A stretch of DNA of 20,000 nucleotides from an uncultured virus (IMG/VR IMGVR_UViG_3300025853_000056) (IMGVR_UViG_3300025853_000056), one strand, 5' to 3'; shown: positions 8,594 through 17,361, counted from the stretch's first letter. Program-made: numbers and translations. Notes: a model not told the origin generated them from the sequence alone.

Positions 8594-10752
8594 ATAGTAA
8601 AACTACAAATAGAAATCAAAATCAAGATTTTTATCTGAATGGAAAAAAAATTTCTATTGGGCGAGCTGTCAAAGCCGACTCTAATGGTTTGTTGTTGGCT
8701 TCTTCTACGATAAGTATAAAAAACAATAAAGATTCTAAAAAACCATTATCTTCTAATATAGTTGATGTAACGAATAAAAATATAGTTACAAAAGATTATT
8801 CTGGAAATTTATCGAGATTTACAATATCTTCTGCTAATACTCAAGGTTTAAAAATAGAGCCTCTTGGTGTGGCTGGCCAAACGGGATTATCTGTTCAGCC
8901 GGTTTCAACGGAGCAAAATCCAAATGTGTTTTTAAATTTTTGGAATGTTAATTTTGATAGGAACTTTTTAGCGTTTAATTTTTCTAGCGATTCTTTCGCC
9001 GGTTTATCTGTTGGATCTTCGTTTACAAGTTGGCAAGATGAAATAACAGAGCAATCTATATCTGGTAGCGGAGAGGTCGTTGAGGCTTATGGTCAAAAAT
9101 TTTTAAAAATAACTAATGGGTCTAGATTTTATAGCACACAATTCAAGTTAAGAAATGTTTTGAATCCAAGTTTTGGTATTTTAGTTTTTGCTGTTGCAAC
9201 AACAGATTCCACAAAAACTACACAAGAAGTACTTTCTCCAACGAGAAAAGTTTTACAGTTTTTAGATAATGTTACGTATGAGATAAAAACAGTCAAGAGT
9301 GAATATGTTGATGAGACTTTAACTATTCCTTACGTGGATAGGCAAGATAATAAAATGAAAAAATTCACAGTTACTGTCAAAAAATGGGTTCAAAGCTATA
9401 AAGTGTATGTAGATCAATGGGGTTCTCCAACGAGTTGGCCTACAAATATAAGTTGGCAAGAGCAAACTTCCGAAAAAGAAACGTTTATTTACTATAATAG
9501 CGATAAATATAAAAAAGATAATCCGCAGGTTAAATTTATTGGTAGTCGTCCTGAGTTAGTATCTGAGTTTGATGGTAAATATCCGGTTAGATATAGTGGA
9601 ACTACTAATATGGTTGATACTTCTTTGAAAATATTGATTTCCCAAACAAGTGGTACAGATTTTGGGAAAGGAGATTACAAAATATTTACTTATGGATATG
9701 CTTATTCTGTAGAAATAGATCAAGGAGTGACTACTGAAAAAACATACACTGAAACTACTTCAGGCTATGTAGAAAAGATAGATAGGACACCAGCATATTC
9801 TTATAATCTTTATCAGACTAATTTTGCTAATATCCAAGGTTCTTCATCTGTCAATTCTGCTCATTTTATAACTTCGACATTAAATACTTTGAGGTGGGCG
9901 TCAAGATCGGGAGGGGGGCAAACCCCTTTTATAGATTTCCAAATACATCAAACAGCTGGAGAAACTGTAAATAATTTTTCTGGAGGAATAGATGCTAATA
10001 CAATTCAATTTAAAGAGGATTTAACAAATTCTGCTTCTAATTTAAGTTTTCCAGACACGAAAACAGATTTTATTGTTAGCGAAAGCTCTGGAGATGTTAC
10101 TTATAAAAAGTTCAAATTGTTTTTTGTTCAAATGCATACTGATAGTGTTCAAGAAGATGTTGCATTTGTTAATTCGTCTTCGGAATTATTAAACGGCATT
10201 TTCCTTACTCAAGGAGGAATTGATCCTCAATATAAATATGATGCTAGAAGCAAAGCTATAATGAAAGCTTGGGAAGAGCTTGGTTATGGGGTAGAAGAAT
10301 TTTATCCTAGTTCATACCCTGTTAATTTAAATGAAATTTTAACTAAAGTTCAATTTAATACGATTATTAATGGAAAGCAAGCTGATTCATCATATTATAG
10401 ATTGCAGCAAGCTGCGGATTTGTACAAGCAAGATGGATATTTAATGGTGGCGCAAACAGACGGGTTAGGTAAAGGGAATTTCGTAGATTATGCTGTTTCT
10501 TTGGGTCATAATGATGGAAGTGTGGTAGATTCAGAAATATTTTTAATGGATTATTTATATGGTTACGAACAAACTAAAGAAAAAAGAGATAATAGGTCTA
10601 ATCTTCTTATGGAGCATTTAGTTCATAAGTATAAAAATTTAATTTTTAAGACTTCTGATGATGATTTTCAAATATCTAATTCTACTAATGCTTTGCAGTT
10701 TAATATTCCGAGCGCTCATCCTTTCATTAAAATTCACACTAAAGGAGAATAA
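8590..10752 (+). CDS. Large virion-associated protein with a degenerate, insertion-split LamG/ConA-like domain
   Basis: 720-aa ORF with ATGA overlap. Motifs FNFSSD...FTSWQDE, ILVFAV, NTIINGKQ and EIFLMDYLY...LLMEHLVHKY match in order the LamG-like signature seen in the gpM- and gpL-like genes. The ORF is secure; the function is inferred. Confidence 0.45.
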   Translation: MNSKTTNRNQNQDFYLNGKKISIGRAVKADSNGLLLASSTISIKNNKDSKKPLSSNIVDVTNKNIVTKDYSGNLSRFTISSANTQGLKIEPLGVAGQTGLSVQPVSTEQNPNVFLNFWNVNFDRNFLAFNFSSDSFAGLSVGSSFTSWQDEITEQSISGSGEVVEAYGQKFLKITNGSRFYSTQFKLRNVLNPSFGILVFAVATTDSTKTTQEVLSPTRKVLQFLDNVTYEIKTVKSEYVDETLTIPYVDRQDNKMKKFTVTVKKWVQSYKVYVDQWGSPTSWPTNISWQEQTSEKETFIYYNSDKYKKDNPQVKFIGSRPELVSEFDGKYPVRYSGTTNMVDTSLKILISQTSGTDFGKGDYKIFTYGYAYSVEIDQGVTTEKTYTETTSGYVEKIDRTPAYSYNLYQTNFANIQGSSSVNSAHFITSTLNTLRWASRSGGGQTPFIDFQIHQTAGETVNNFSGGIDANTIQFKEDLTNSASNLSFPDTKTDFIVSESSGDVTYKKFKLFFVQMHTDSVQEDVAFVNSSSELLNGIFLTQGGIDPQYKYDARSKAIMKAWEELGYGVEEFYPSSYPVNLNEILTKVQFNTIINGKQADSSYYRLQQAADLYKQDGYLMVAQTDGLGKGNFVDYAVSLGHNDGSVVDSEIFLMDYLYGYEQTKEKRDNRSNLLMEHLVHKYKNLIFKTSDDDFQISNSTNALQFNIPSAHPFIKIHTKGE
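10742..10747 (+). promoter_or_regulatory. Shine-Dalgarno-like ribosome binding site of the gpL-like gene
   Basis: AAGGAG 10 nt upstream of ATG 10758. It is the clearest SD-like site in the operon. Confidence 0.4.
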
Positions 10753-10757
10753 ATAAA

Positions 10758-12917
10758 ATGTCAGATTTATTTTTATTACAAAATAACCAGATAGTAGATT
10801 TGTTTGAAATTAAGCTTAATGATTTTGAAGGGTTTTTAAGATTTCATGGCTCTAAAAATTATAAAAATGATTTAGTTTATAATGGGCAAATATATCTGTA
10901 TATTCCTTGTGAGTTATCTCAATTGAGTTATTCATCTGAAGGAAAACAATCTAGACCAACTTTAACTATAGCGAATATAAATAATTTCATAACTAATGTT
11001 ATGAAAGATAGAAGTAGTTTATTAGGCCGGAGGCTCTCTAGAAAAAGGGTGATGGCTAGAGATTTAGATAATATTAATTTTGGCGGAGAAAATAAAAATC
11101 CATTTGGTCAGAAAATTTTAACTTCTTATATAAGCTCAGATACTTTTGTCATAAATAAGAAAGATTTTGAAGATAGAGATAAAGTAGAATTTACTTTAAG
11201 TAATATTTTAGATACAGAAGGTCTCACGGTTCCTAATAGAAAAATTTATAATAATTTCTGTCAATGGCAATATAGAGGTTGTGGTTGTAATTATGGAAAA
11301 ATTTACAATTATGACGGTCCTATTGTTAGGGTAATGAATGATACCCAAGTAGGCTCTGTTACTTTTGAGCCAAAAACTTTAAAAGACATATGCGATGACG
11401 AGGGCATAAGTAGTAATTGTTTTTTGTGGCTGGATGAAGATGGTCATAATTTAAATAACCCTCTGACAGAAATACAAACAGCAAATCTATTGAGTTACAC
11501 TGAAGCTCAAGGAAATATAGCTATAGCAGGAACAGCTACTCCAGACATAAATACAGCTGGAATAAGTAAAGGGACTCATTATGATAAAGATAGTGGTGCA
11601 GGTTTATTTTTGAAAGAATGGATAGATAGATCGTATACGATTCGTAATAGCGGTTCTGCAAAAACAGTGTCTACAAATTCAAATAATTTTGCGATGAGAT
11701 ATCGTTCTGAGAGTAGGAAACCATTAAATGATAAAGTTAATGGCAATGAAGCTTTGTGGGGAATAAGATTATATCCTAATGTGGGTTGGTATTCAGATTC
11801 TCTGGGGAATTACGTTAAAGATTCTACTTCTGAGGTAGTTTTTGATGCTGTAGCTACAGATATAGATGCTGCAGACAGCTTTACTATATTTTTTGTATCA
11901 GAATTAGTAAATAAATATTACGATATAGATAAAAACATTATTTCTTCTGACGAAATGTTTGGAGTGATTGGAGGGCAAAGTACAAATCCAAGCGATTTAA
12001 CTATAGGGACACAGATAAAAAAATCATCCAGCGATGCTACTAATCAAGCTGATTATTTGAGCGTTTCTGCTACAGCTGGAGGAACGCAACAGGTATATTC
12101 TTCGAGTCCTGCGTTTTCAGATAATTTTAATGAAACAAAATCTTATTGCGTCAGAGTAGACAAAACTAAATCAGGAAATGAGATCGATTATTTTATAAAT
12201 TCTATCAAAAAAGTTACTGGATCTTTACCTTCTGGGTGGAATGGGTTGACTGGTTATGGTTTTAATTTAAGTAATACAAATTATAATAATGCTGCAGGAG
12301 AATTTGTCTTATATGAATTTATAGTTTTTGATTCAGCATTAACTGATAAACAGATTGGCGAAATAAATAAATATTTAGCGACTAGATATGGTAGACATTT
12401 ATTAAATTTACCAACACAGGCTCAAGAATCTCTTCCTAATGGTTCTGTTCCTAGCAAGATCTTTTTTTCTGATCAGGATGGAAATTTAGGTATACCTATG
12501 GCTGATGCTTCAGATAAATCATTTTTGAAAGATATAGGTAGTGCTAAAAAATACACTAATGATCAAACATATGGTTTAAGTAGTTTGAAATATAGAGGAG
12601 ACTTCGATATTAATACTCAGTATTCTCAGATGGATTTTGTAAAAATTGATCCAAGCATAGATTTTGATTTTGACAAGACTTCTATAAAAAAAGAAGAAGA
12701 GATTCCTTCAAGATTTTTCGTCTGTATTAGTGAGAATGGGTCCAAAGGGTTAGATCCAATGAAAAATACTAATATTTGGGTAGAAGATCAATGTTCGAAA
12801 ACTTTAAATGGATGTTCGTTAAGATTTTCAAGTTCTGACAGTGCTCAGCAAATTAATCTACCTTTTGGCGGATTTCCCGGCACAGTTGATTATGACTACC
12901 AATTACCAAGTTCCTAA
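10758..12917 (+). CDS. gpL: Lambda gpL-like minor tail tip protein (Fe-S cysteine motif) with large inserted LamG-like domain
   Basis: N-terminus IVDLFEI...LVYNGQIYLYIPCE...RPTLTIANI; CQWQYRGCGC at 11259-11288; DQCSKTLNGCSLRF and LPFGGFPG at the C-terminus. These are hallmark gpL motifs. SD-like AAGGAG at 10742-10747. Confidence 0.9.
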   Translation: MSDLFLLQNNQIVDLFEIKLNDFEGFLRFHGSKNYKNDLVYNGQIYLYIPCELSQLSYSSEGKQSRPTLTIANINNFITNVMKDRSSLLGRRLSRKRVMARDLDNINFGGENKNPFGQKILTSYISSDTFVINKKDFEDRDKVEFTLSNILDTEGLTVPNRKIYNNFCQWQYRGCGCNYGKIYNYDGPIVRVMNDTQVGSVTFEPKTLKDICDDEGISSNCFLWLDEDGHNLNNPLTEIQTANLLSYTEAQGNIAIAGTATPDINTAGISKGTHYDKDSGAGLFLKEWIDRSYTIRNSGSAKTVSTNSNNFAMRYRSESRKPLNDKVNGNEALWGIRLYPNVGWYSDSLGNYVKDSTSEVVFDAVATDIDAADSFTIFFVSELVNKYYDIDKNIISSDEMFGVIGGQSTNPSDLTIGTQIKKSSSDATNQADYLSVSATAGGTQQVYSSSPAFSDNFNETKSYCVRVDKTKSGNEIDYFINSIKKVTGSLPSGWNGLTGYGFNLSNTNYNNAAGEFVLYEFIVFDSALTDKQIGEINKYLATRYGRHLLNLPTQAQESLPNGSVPSKIFFSDQDGNLGIPMADASDKSFLKDIGSAKKYTNDQTYGLSSLKYRGDFDINTQYSQMDFVKIDPSIDFDFDKTSIKKEEEIPSRFFVCISENGSKGLDPMKNTNIWVEDQCSKTLNGCSLRFSSSDSAQQINLPFGGFPGTVDYDYQLPSS

Positions 12918-13215
12918 AAAATTAAAAGAGCAATTAAAAAGAGATTCTATTTCTTCTCAGGAAGAAATTTGTGGATTTATTTTAAGAGATAAATTTATTA
13001 AAGTAGAGAATAAGCATCCAGAAAGTAAGAATTTTTTTTTGATTGATCCTTTAGATTGTATCTGGGAAGAAGGCGTTATTTTGTTTCATAGTCATCCTGA
13101 TCACGTTAAAGAAAAAGGGTTTTCTGAATGGGATTTAGAAAATCAGTATTATTTTCAGTTGGATATGCTATTATATAGTGTAAATAATGATGAGTTTTAT
13201 TTCAAAAAGATATGA
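12892..13215 (+). CDS. gpK: Lambda gpK-like tail assembly protein, JAB/JAMM (MPN+) metalloprotease domain only
   Basis: EEICGFI...LFHSHPDHVKEKGFSEWD gives the JAMM E...HxH...SxxD motif. Located between L and I. ATG at 12892 (107 aa) preferred over the GTG at 12841, which would overlap the conserved FGGFPG of gpL by 77 nt. Confidence 0.85.
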   Translation: MTTNYQVPKKLKEQLKRDSISSQEEICGFILRDKFIKVENKHPESKNFFLIDPLDCIWEEGVILFHSHPDHVKEKGFSEWDLENQYYFQLDMLLYSVNNDEFYFKKI

Positions 13216-13835
13216 TCGCCGTAGATTTAAAAGGAGTTTTAGGTAAAAAATTTGGAGAAAAATGGGAACTGGAAGTCGATTCAGTTTATGAAATTTTTGA
13301 GGCTATTCAAGCTAACAAAAGAAATTCTGCAAAGATTTTTGCAGACGCGGCTAAGCTTGCATCTCATTTTATTGTTTTTGTGAATGGTAAAATTTTAGCT
13401 TCTTATAGTGTATTTAGTAAAATTTTAAAACCGAATGATTTTGTTCAAATAGTTCCTATTGTTCAAGGAGGAAGCCCTTTAGTGATATTTGTAATTGGTA
13501 TGATTCTTCAAGTTGTGTCAATGATCCTATTAAAAGCTTTAAGCCCTAAAAAACCAAAAGATGTTAAAACTAGCTCTACTATTTTGACTGGCACAAGAAA
13601 TGTGTCAAGCAGAAATGTTGTCGTTCCGCTAGGTTATGGGAGAATGAGAGTGGGTAGTGTTGTTATTTCTAATGATTCTATAATAAAATCATTAAGATTA
13701 GAAGCGGATACTAATTCTACAGCTCTTGGTTATTTGCCTTTAGCTGATTTAGCTTATCAAGTAGATGTATTAGATGGAAACTCTTTTAATGGTATAAAAA
13801 GTAGTCAAGGAATTAACCCTTATTTAATGATTTAA
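13212..13835 (+). CDS. gpI: Lambda gpI-like tail assembly protein (N-terminal ubiquitin-like/beta-grasp domain ending in GG)
   Basis: VDLKGVLGKKFG..WELEVDSVYEIFEAI...IVFVNG...VQIVPIVQGG, then a hydrophobic helix, then the conserved NVVVPLGYGRMRVGSVVIS motif. Confidence 0.9.
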   Translation: MIAVDLKGVLGKKFGEKWELEVDSVYEIFEAIQANKRNSAKIFADAAKLASHFIVFVNGKILASYSVFSKILKPNDFVQIVPIVQGGSPLVIFVIGMILQVVSMILLKALSPKKPKDVKTSSTILTGTRNVSSRNVVVPLGYGRMRVGSVVISNDSIIKSLRLEADTNSTALGYLPLADLAYQVDVLDGNSFNGIKSSQGINPYLMI

Positions 13836-13836
13836 T

Positions 13837-16800
13837 ATGGCTGATAATACAAATTTTGCTAGCCTAGATGACCAGCGGTTTAGTCAAATGGTCGGAGCTA
13901 TAGCTGCTGGTAATAAGAGCAGGATAGAATCTGAAGAGCAATTTTTTGCTACAGATTTGATTTGTGAAGGTCCTATCGAGGGGTTAGTAGATGCAAATGG
14001 AAGTTTATTGAAATATATAAGCTCATCAAATCAGTCTATAAATAACTCTAATATTATTTTATCTAGAGGTATTTATTATGATGATGTTCCTGTTTTAGAT
14101 ACTTCTTTAGATAGATTTAACTTTTCTAATTTAAATTTTGCAGTTTCTTATGGTGAAGAACTTCCTATGGAAGCTGTTTATCCTTCCACAGTATTTAGAT
14201 ACAATAAAAGAATGTATTTAAATAATTCTACTCCGGCGGTCACCGCGCCTGCTGAATTAGGTGGCGCGGCTATTTTTAAATCTTCTTTTTTTATTAAAAC
14301 TGATACATCAGGTACTATCGATGGAAAAGATTATCCGGGTAGTACTGCTGTTACTAATCCTTTAATATCGGCAAATGGTGGTAAAATTTCAAACACCGTA
14401 GATAATCTAGATAAAACTCGACTTTCTGCTGGTGAGTTTACTCACAAGATAGTTAATAAATATTGCGATTATCTTAAAATTAATCTATCTATAGATAGTT
14501 TATTTAAGGTTGAAAAAGACACTGGTACTATTTTACCGGCACAAATGGCTTTTGCTGTAGAGATATCTAAAGATACATCGAATGAAAGGCTGTTGTGTTA
14601 TTTTCTTGTTAAGGGTATAGTTAAAGGATCTCAGACTTTAGTAGAAATTCCGTTCAATTTAGATTTAGATACAGTTAATGCTAATTCTTATTATGTGAAA
14701 GTTTATTCTTGTACAAAAAGAGTAGCTTCGGATGACGCCACTGAAGATAAAAGTTTTTCTATAAATTCAATCGTTGAGCAAATTAGAACAAGAGGGGGAT
14801 TCTGCCATCCTTTTTCTGCTCTAGTAAAAACAGGGGTTGCTTCTAAAAGTTTTTCTACAGATCCGGCAAGGTCTTTCGATTTAAAACTTCTTAAAGTTAA
14901 AGTTCCAGATATCTATGATTCGGAAAGCAAGACATACAGAGGCAGTTCTTACGATGGTAATAACAATAGATTTAGTGATATCTGGACAGGTAAATTTGAT
15001 TCTTTTTTAAGATGGACGGATAACCCTGCTTGGATTTTTTATGATATTTGCACTAATGCTAGATATGGCATGGGTAGGTCAAATATTATAGACAGTGATT
15101 TAAATAAATGGGATTTATTTCAAATAGCTAAATATTGTGATGAATTAGTTGAAGTAAAAACTCCATTAAAATATGATTTTGATAATTTTACAATAAATCC
15201 GCTTGCGAATTATCCTAATACGATATTAATAGAAAAAGACACTAGAAGTATTGCTGATTTTAAAACTCAATACCCTCCTGTTTATGACGAAAGTACTGAT
15301 TATGCAAATATTGCGCTTTTGGGCAATAATGGTGGATATCAAAACAGCGTAATTAGCCTATTGAATTTAAAAAATCAAAATGGGTCTGTTGCTGAGAATT
15401 TTAGGAAAATTATTTGGTCTGTAGATCTTGTTTATTTTGATGGTGACTCAATAACTGGAATAGATAATGAAGAAGAGAGTTCAGCTACGCATTATATGAT
15501 AACATTAATGAATGATTTCGGGCCTAGGAAATTCTTCGAAAAAAACAGTGCTTTTTTTAATTCTTTTGCCGAAGATTTAAAGGCTGCTTTAGACTTAAAA
15601 CAAATAACAGTTGATCCGAGTGAGACTTTTAAAGCGGAAACTAAAATAGATTTAAAGAAGAATATTAGTGCTGCAAAATTAAATACTGAAGACGGAGCGA
15701 AAGAATGGATTCTGCTGAAATTTGCTTCTTTGAAGAAAAATACCAACAATCAGAATGATCAAAATAGTTTCATTGATTCTTATTTGAATGATAGAGTATT
15801 CCCTTCTGATTTAGATCTTACGAACTTGAGTGGTCAGTGTTCTCCCAAGGTAAAAAATTATAGAGAAGCTTTAGAGCCTAGATTTACTGGAAATATATAT
15901 ATAGATAACGAAACAGAAGCTTTAAAATTAATAAATGATTTATCTTCTATTTTTAGAGGTATTACTTATTACAAAAATAATTTGATTACATCTACAATTG
16001 ATGTGGATAAAGAAATTTCTTATTTATTTAATAATACAAATGTAAAAGATGGTATTTTTACTTATTCTTCTGGGTCTTTAGATGGGAATTATACAGTAGC
16101 AAAAGTTTTTTATAGAGATAAATATAATAATTTTTCTGAACAAGTAGAAGTTGTTGAAGATTCACTCTTGATTCGAGAATATGGGATCATACCTAAAGAG
16201 ATTTTAGGTTTTGGTGTGACTTCGAGAGATCAGGCTAGGAGGCTTGGTTTATGGATGTTAGCTACAAATAGATTTGAAAACGAAACTGTGACTTTTAACA
16301 CTAGTTTGCAAGGATCTTTATTAAAGCCTAGTGATATTATTCAAATAGAAGATCAATATAAAAATTCAATCAATCTTCAGGGTAGAGTTATTTCTGTCAA
16401 TTACACAGAGGGTTATGTTGTTGTTGATAGAAAATTAAGAGCTAGCTTAACTGGTAATATAATAAAATTTTTATTTATTAATAATTTATTTACGGACGAT
16501 TCTAACATTCAGAACTCAATAGATTATGAAGGTTCTTCAAAGACAAATAATGTTTTTGAAATGAAGGTCGATAGAATTGATAATACTAATAATAGAGTCT
16601 ATTTGGATCAAAATTATGTTAACGAAGATGGAGAAAATACATTTGATTTTATGGGGCGAATAATCGCTTCGTGTCCGTTTATTATTGTAAATAAAATAAA
16701 GAATCAAAATATACAAAAACTGTATAAGATCGTTTCTATATCTGAAGAAGATGTTAATTCTTATAATGTCTTTTGTATTAGACATGATAATAATAAGTAT

Positions 16801-17361
16801 TCATTGCTAGATAAAGGGCAAATTAGTGATTCTTTAAACTCTGATGATAATACTATTTCTTTTTCTAATTTTTCTAATTTGGTCGAATTAGATTTGAGCG
16901 AAATTGAAACAACGGATGATAACTCTTATTATAAAATAGAAAATTTAAATAATTCTACAGATGTCAGTTCTTTTAATTTTTCTTTTCATGAAAATTCTCA
17001 AACCTTGAGGCTTGAAGATGACGAGAATCAGAATTTTGTATACCAAAAATTATCTATTTATTTTTCTAAAATCAAAGATTTTATAATAGATAATAAGGAT
17101 GACGCTGATCCTGATAATTATTATACAAAAGTTTATGATGTTTTGAGAAATAATGGAGGATTCTTAGTGGTTTTATATTTAAGAAATCAATCTATTAAGT
17201 TTTCAGTCCCTTACTCTGTTGTTCAAGTAGGTAATGATACAAGTAATACAAGAAGTATATTTTTGGGTAGATTTTACAAAACAATTACAAACGCAATAAC
17301 ACCTACGAATGGAATTAGAATATATCTATATAATAAAGAAAATAAAATCGTGCAAGTGTAA
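13837..17361 (+). CDS. gpJ: Lambda gpJ-like tail tip/baseplate hub (tip attachment, host specificity J family) protein
   Basis: 1174 aa with DLICEGPIEGLV, VKVP..YD, WTGKF...WTDNPAWIFYDICTNARYGMG, IAKYCDELV, EPRFTGN, YLFNNTNVKDGIFTYS, FGVTSRDQARRLGLW, LKPSDIIQIED and YKIVSISE...KYSLLDKG. These are gpJ-family motifs in the expected order. Confidence 0.92.
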   Translation: MADNTNFASLDDQRFSQMVGAIAAGNKSRIESEEQFFATDLICEGPIEGLVDANGSLLKYISSSNQSINNSNIILSRGIYYDDVPVLDTSLDRFNFSNLNFAVSYGEELPMEAVYPSTVFRYNKRMYLNNSTPAVTAPAELGGAAIFKSSFFIKTDTSGTIDGKDYPGSTAVTNPLISANGGKISNTVDNLDKTRLSAGEFTHKIVNKYCDYLKINLSIDSLFKVEKDTGTILPAQMAFAVEISKDTSNERLLCYFLVKGIVKGSQTLVEIPFNLDLDTVNANSYYVKVYSCTKRVASDDATEDKSFSINSIVEQIRTRGGFCHPFSALVKTGVASKSFSTDPARSFDLKLLKVKVPDIYDSESKTYRGSSYDGNNNRFSDIWTGKFDSFLRWTDNPAWIFYDICTNARYGMGRSNIIDSDLNKWDLFQIAKYCDELVEVKTPLKYDFDNFTINPLANYPNTILIEKDTRSIADFKTQYPPVYDESTDYANIALLGNNGGYQNSVISLLNLKNQNGSVAENFRKIIWSVDLVYFDGDSITGIDNEEESSATHYMITLMNDFGPRKFFEKNSAFFNSFAEDLKAALDLKQITVDPSETFKAETKIDLKKNISAAKLNTEDGAKEWILLKFASLKKNTNNQNDQNSFIDSYLNDRVFPSDLDLTNLSGQCSPKVKNYREALEPRFTGNIYIDNETEALKLINDLSSIFRGITYYKNNLITSTIDVDKEISYLFNNTNVKDGIFTYSSGSLDGNYTVAKVFYRDKYNNFSEQVEVVEDSLLIREYGIIPKEILGFGVTSRDQARRLGLWMLATNRFENETVTFNTSLQGSLLKPSDIIQIEDQYKNSINLQGRVISVNYTEGYVVVDRKLRASLTGNIIKFLFINNLFTDDSNIQNSIDYEGSSKTNNVFEMKVDRIDNTNNRVYLDQNYVNEDGENTFDFMGRIIASCPFIIVNKIKNQNIQKLYKIVSISEEDVNSYNVFCIRHDNNKYSLLDKGQISDSLNSDDNTISFSNFSNLVELDLSEIETTDDNSYYKIENLNNSTDVSSFNFSFHENSQTLRLEDDENQNFVYQKLSIYFSKIKDFIIDNKDDADPDNYYTKVYDVLRNNGGFLVVLYLRNQSIKFSVPYSVVQVGNDTSNTRSIFLGRFYKTITNAITPTNGIRIYLYNKENKIVQV

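Noticed and set aside
12841..12891. GTG start for the gpK-like gene (124 aa)
   Set aside because: It would overlap the conserved gpL C-terminus by 77 nt. ATG 12892 gives a normal JAB-domain N-terminus.
13032..13040. T9 run in gpK (also A8 at 8643-8650) as phase-variation or frameshift site
   Set aside because: Such runs are expected in DNA this AT-rich, and both genes are intact in frame.
15151..15873. Intein or intron as explanation for the gpJ (and gpL) insertions
   Set aside because: No C/S-start and HN-C/S/T end motifs, no LAGLIDADG or HNH signature, and the reading frames are continuous.
494..16785. Short minus-strand ORFs in the track (494..715, 1443..1682, 2410..2595, 15492..15749, 16537..16785)
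   Set aside because: All lie wholly antisense to long, motif-bearing tail genes and have no recognisable motifs; they are typical shadow ORFs.
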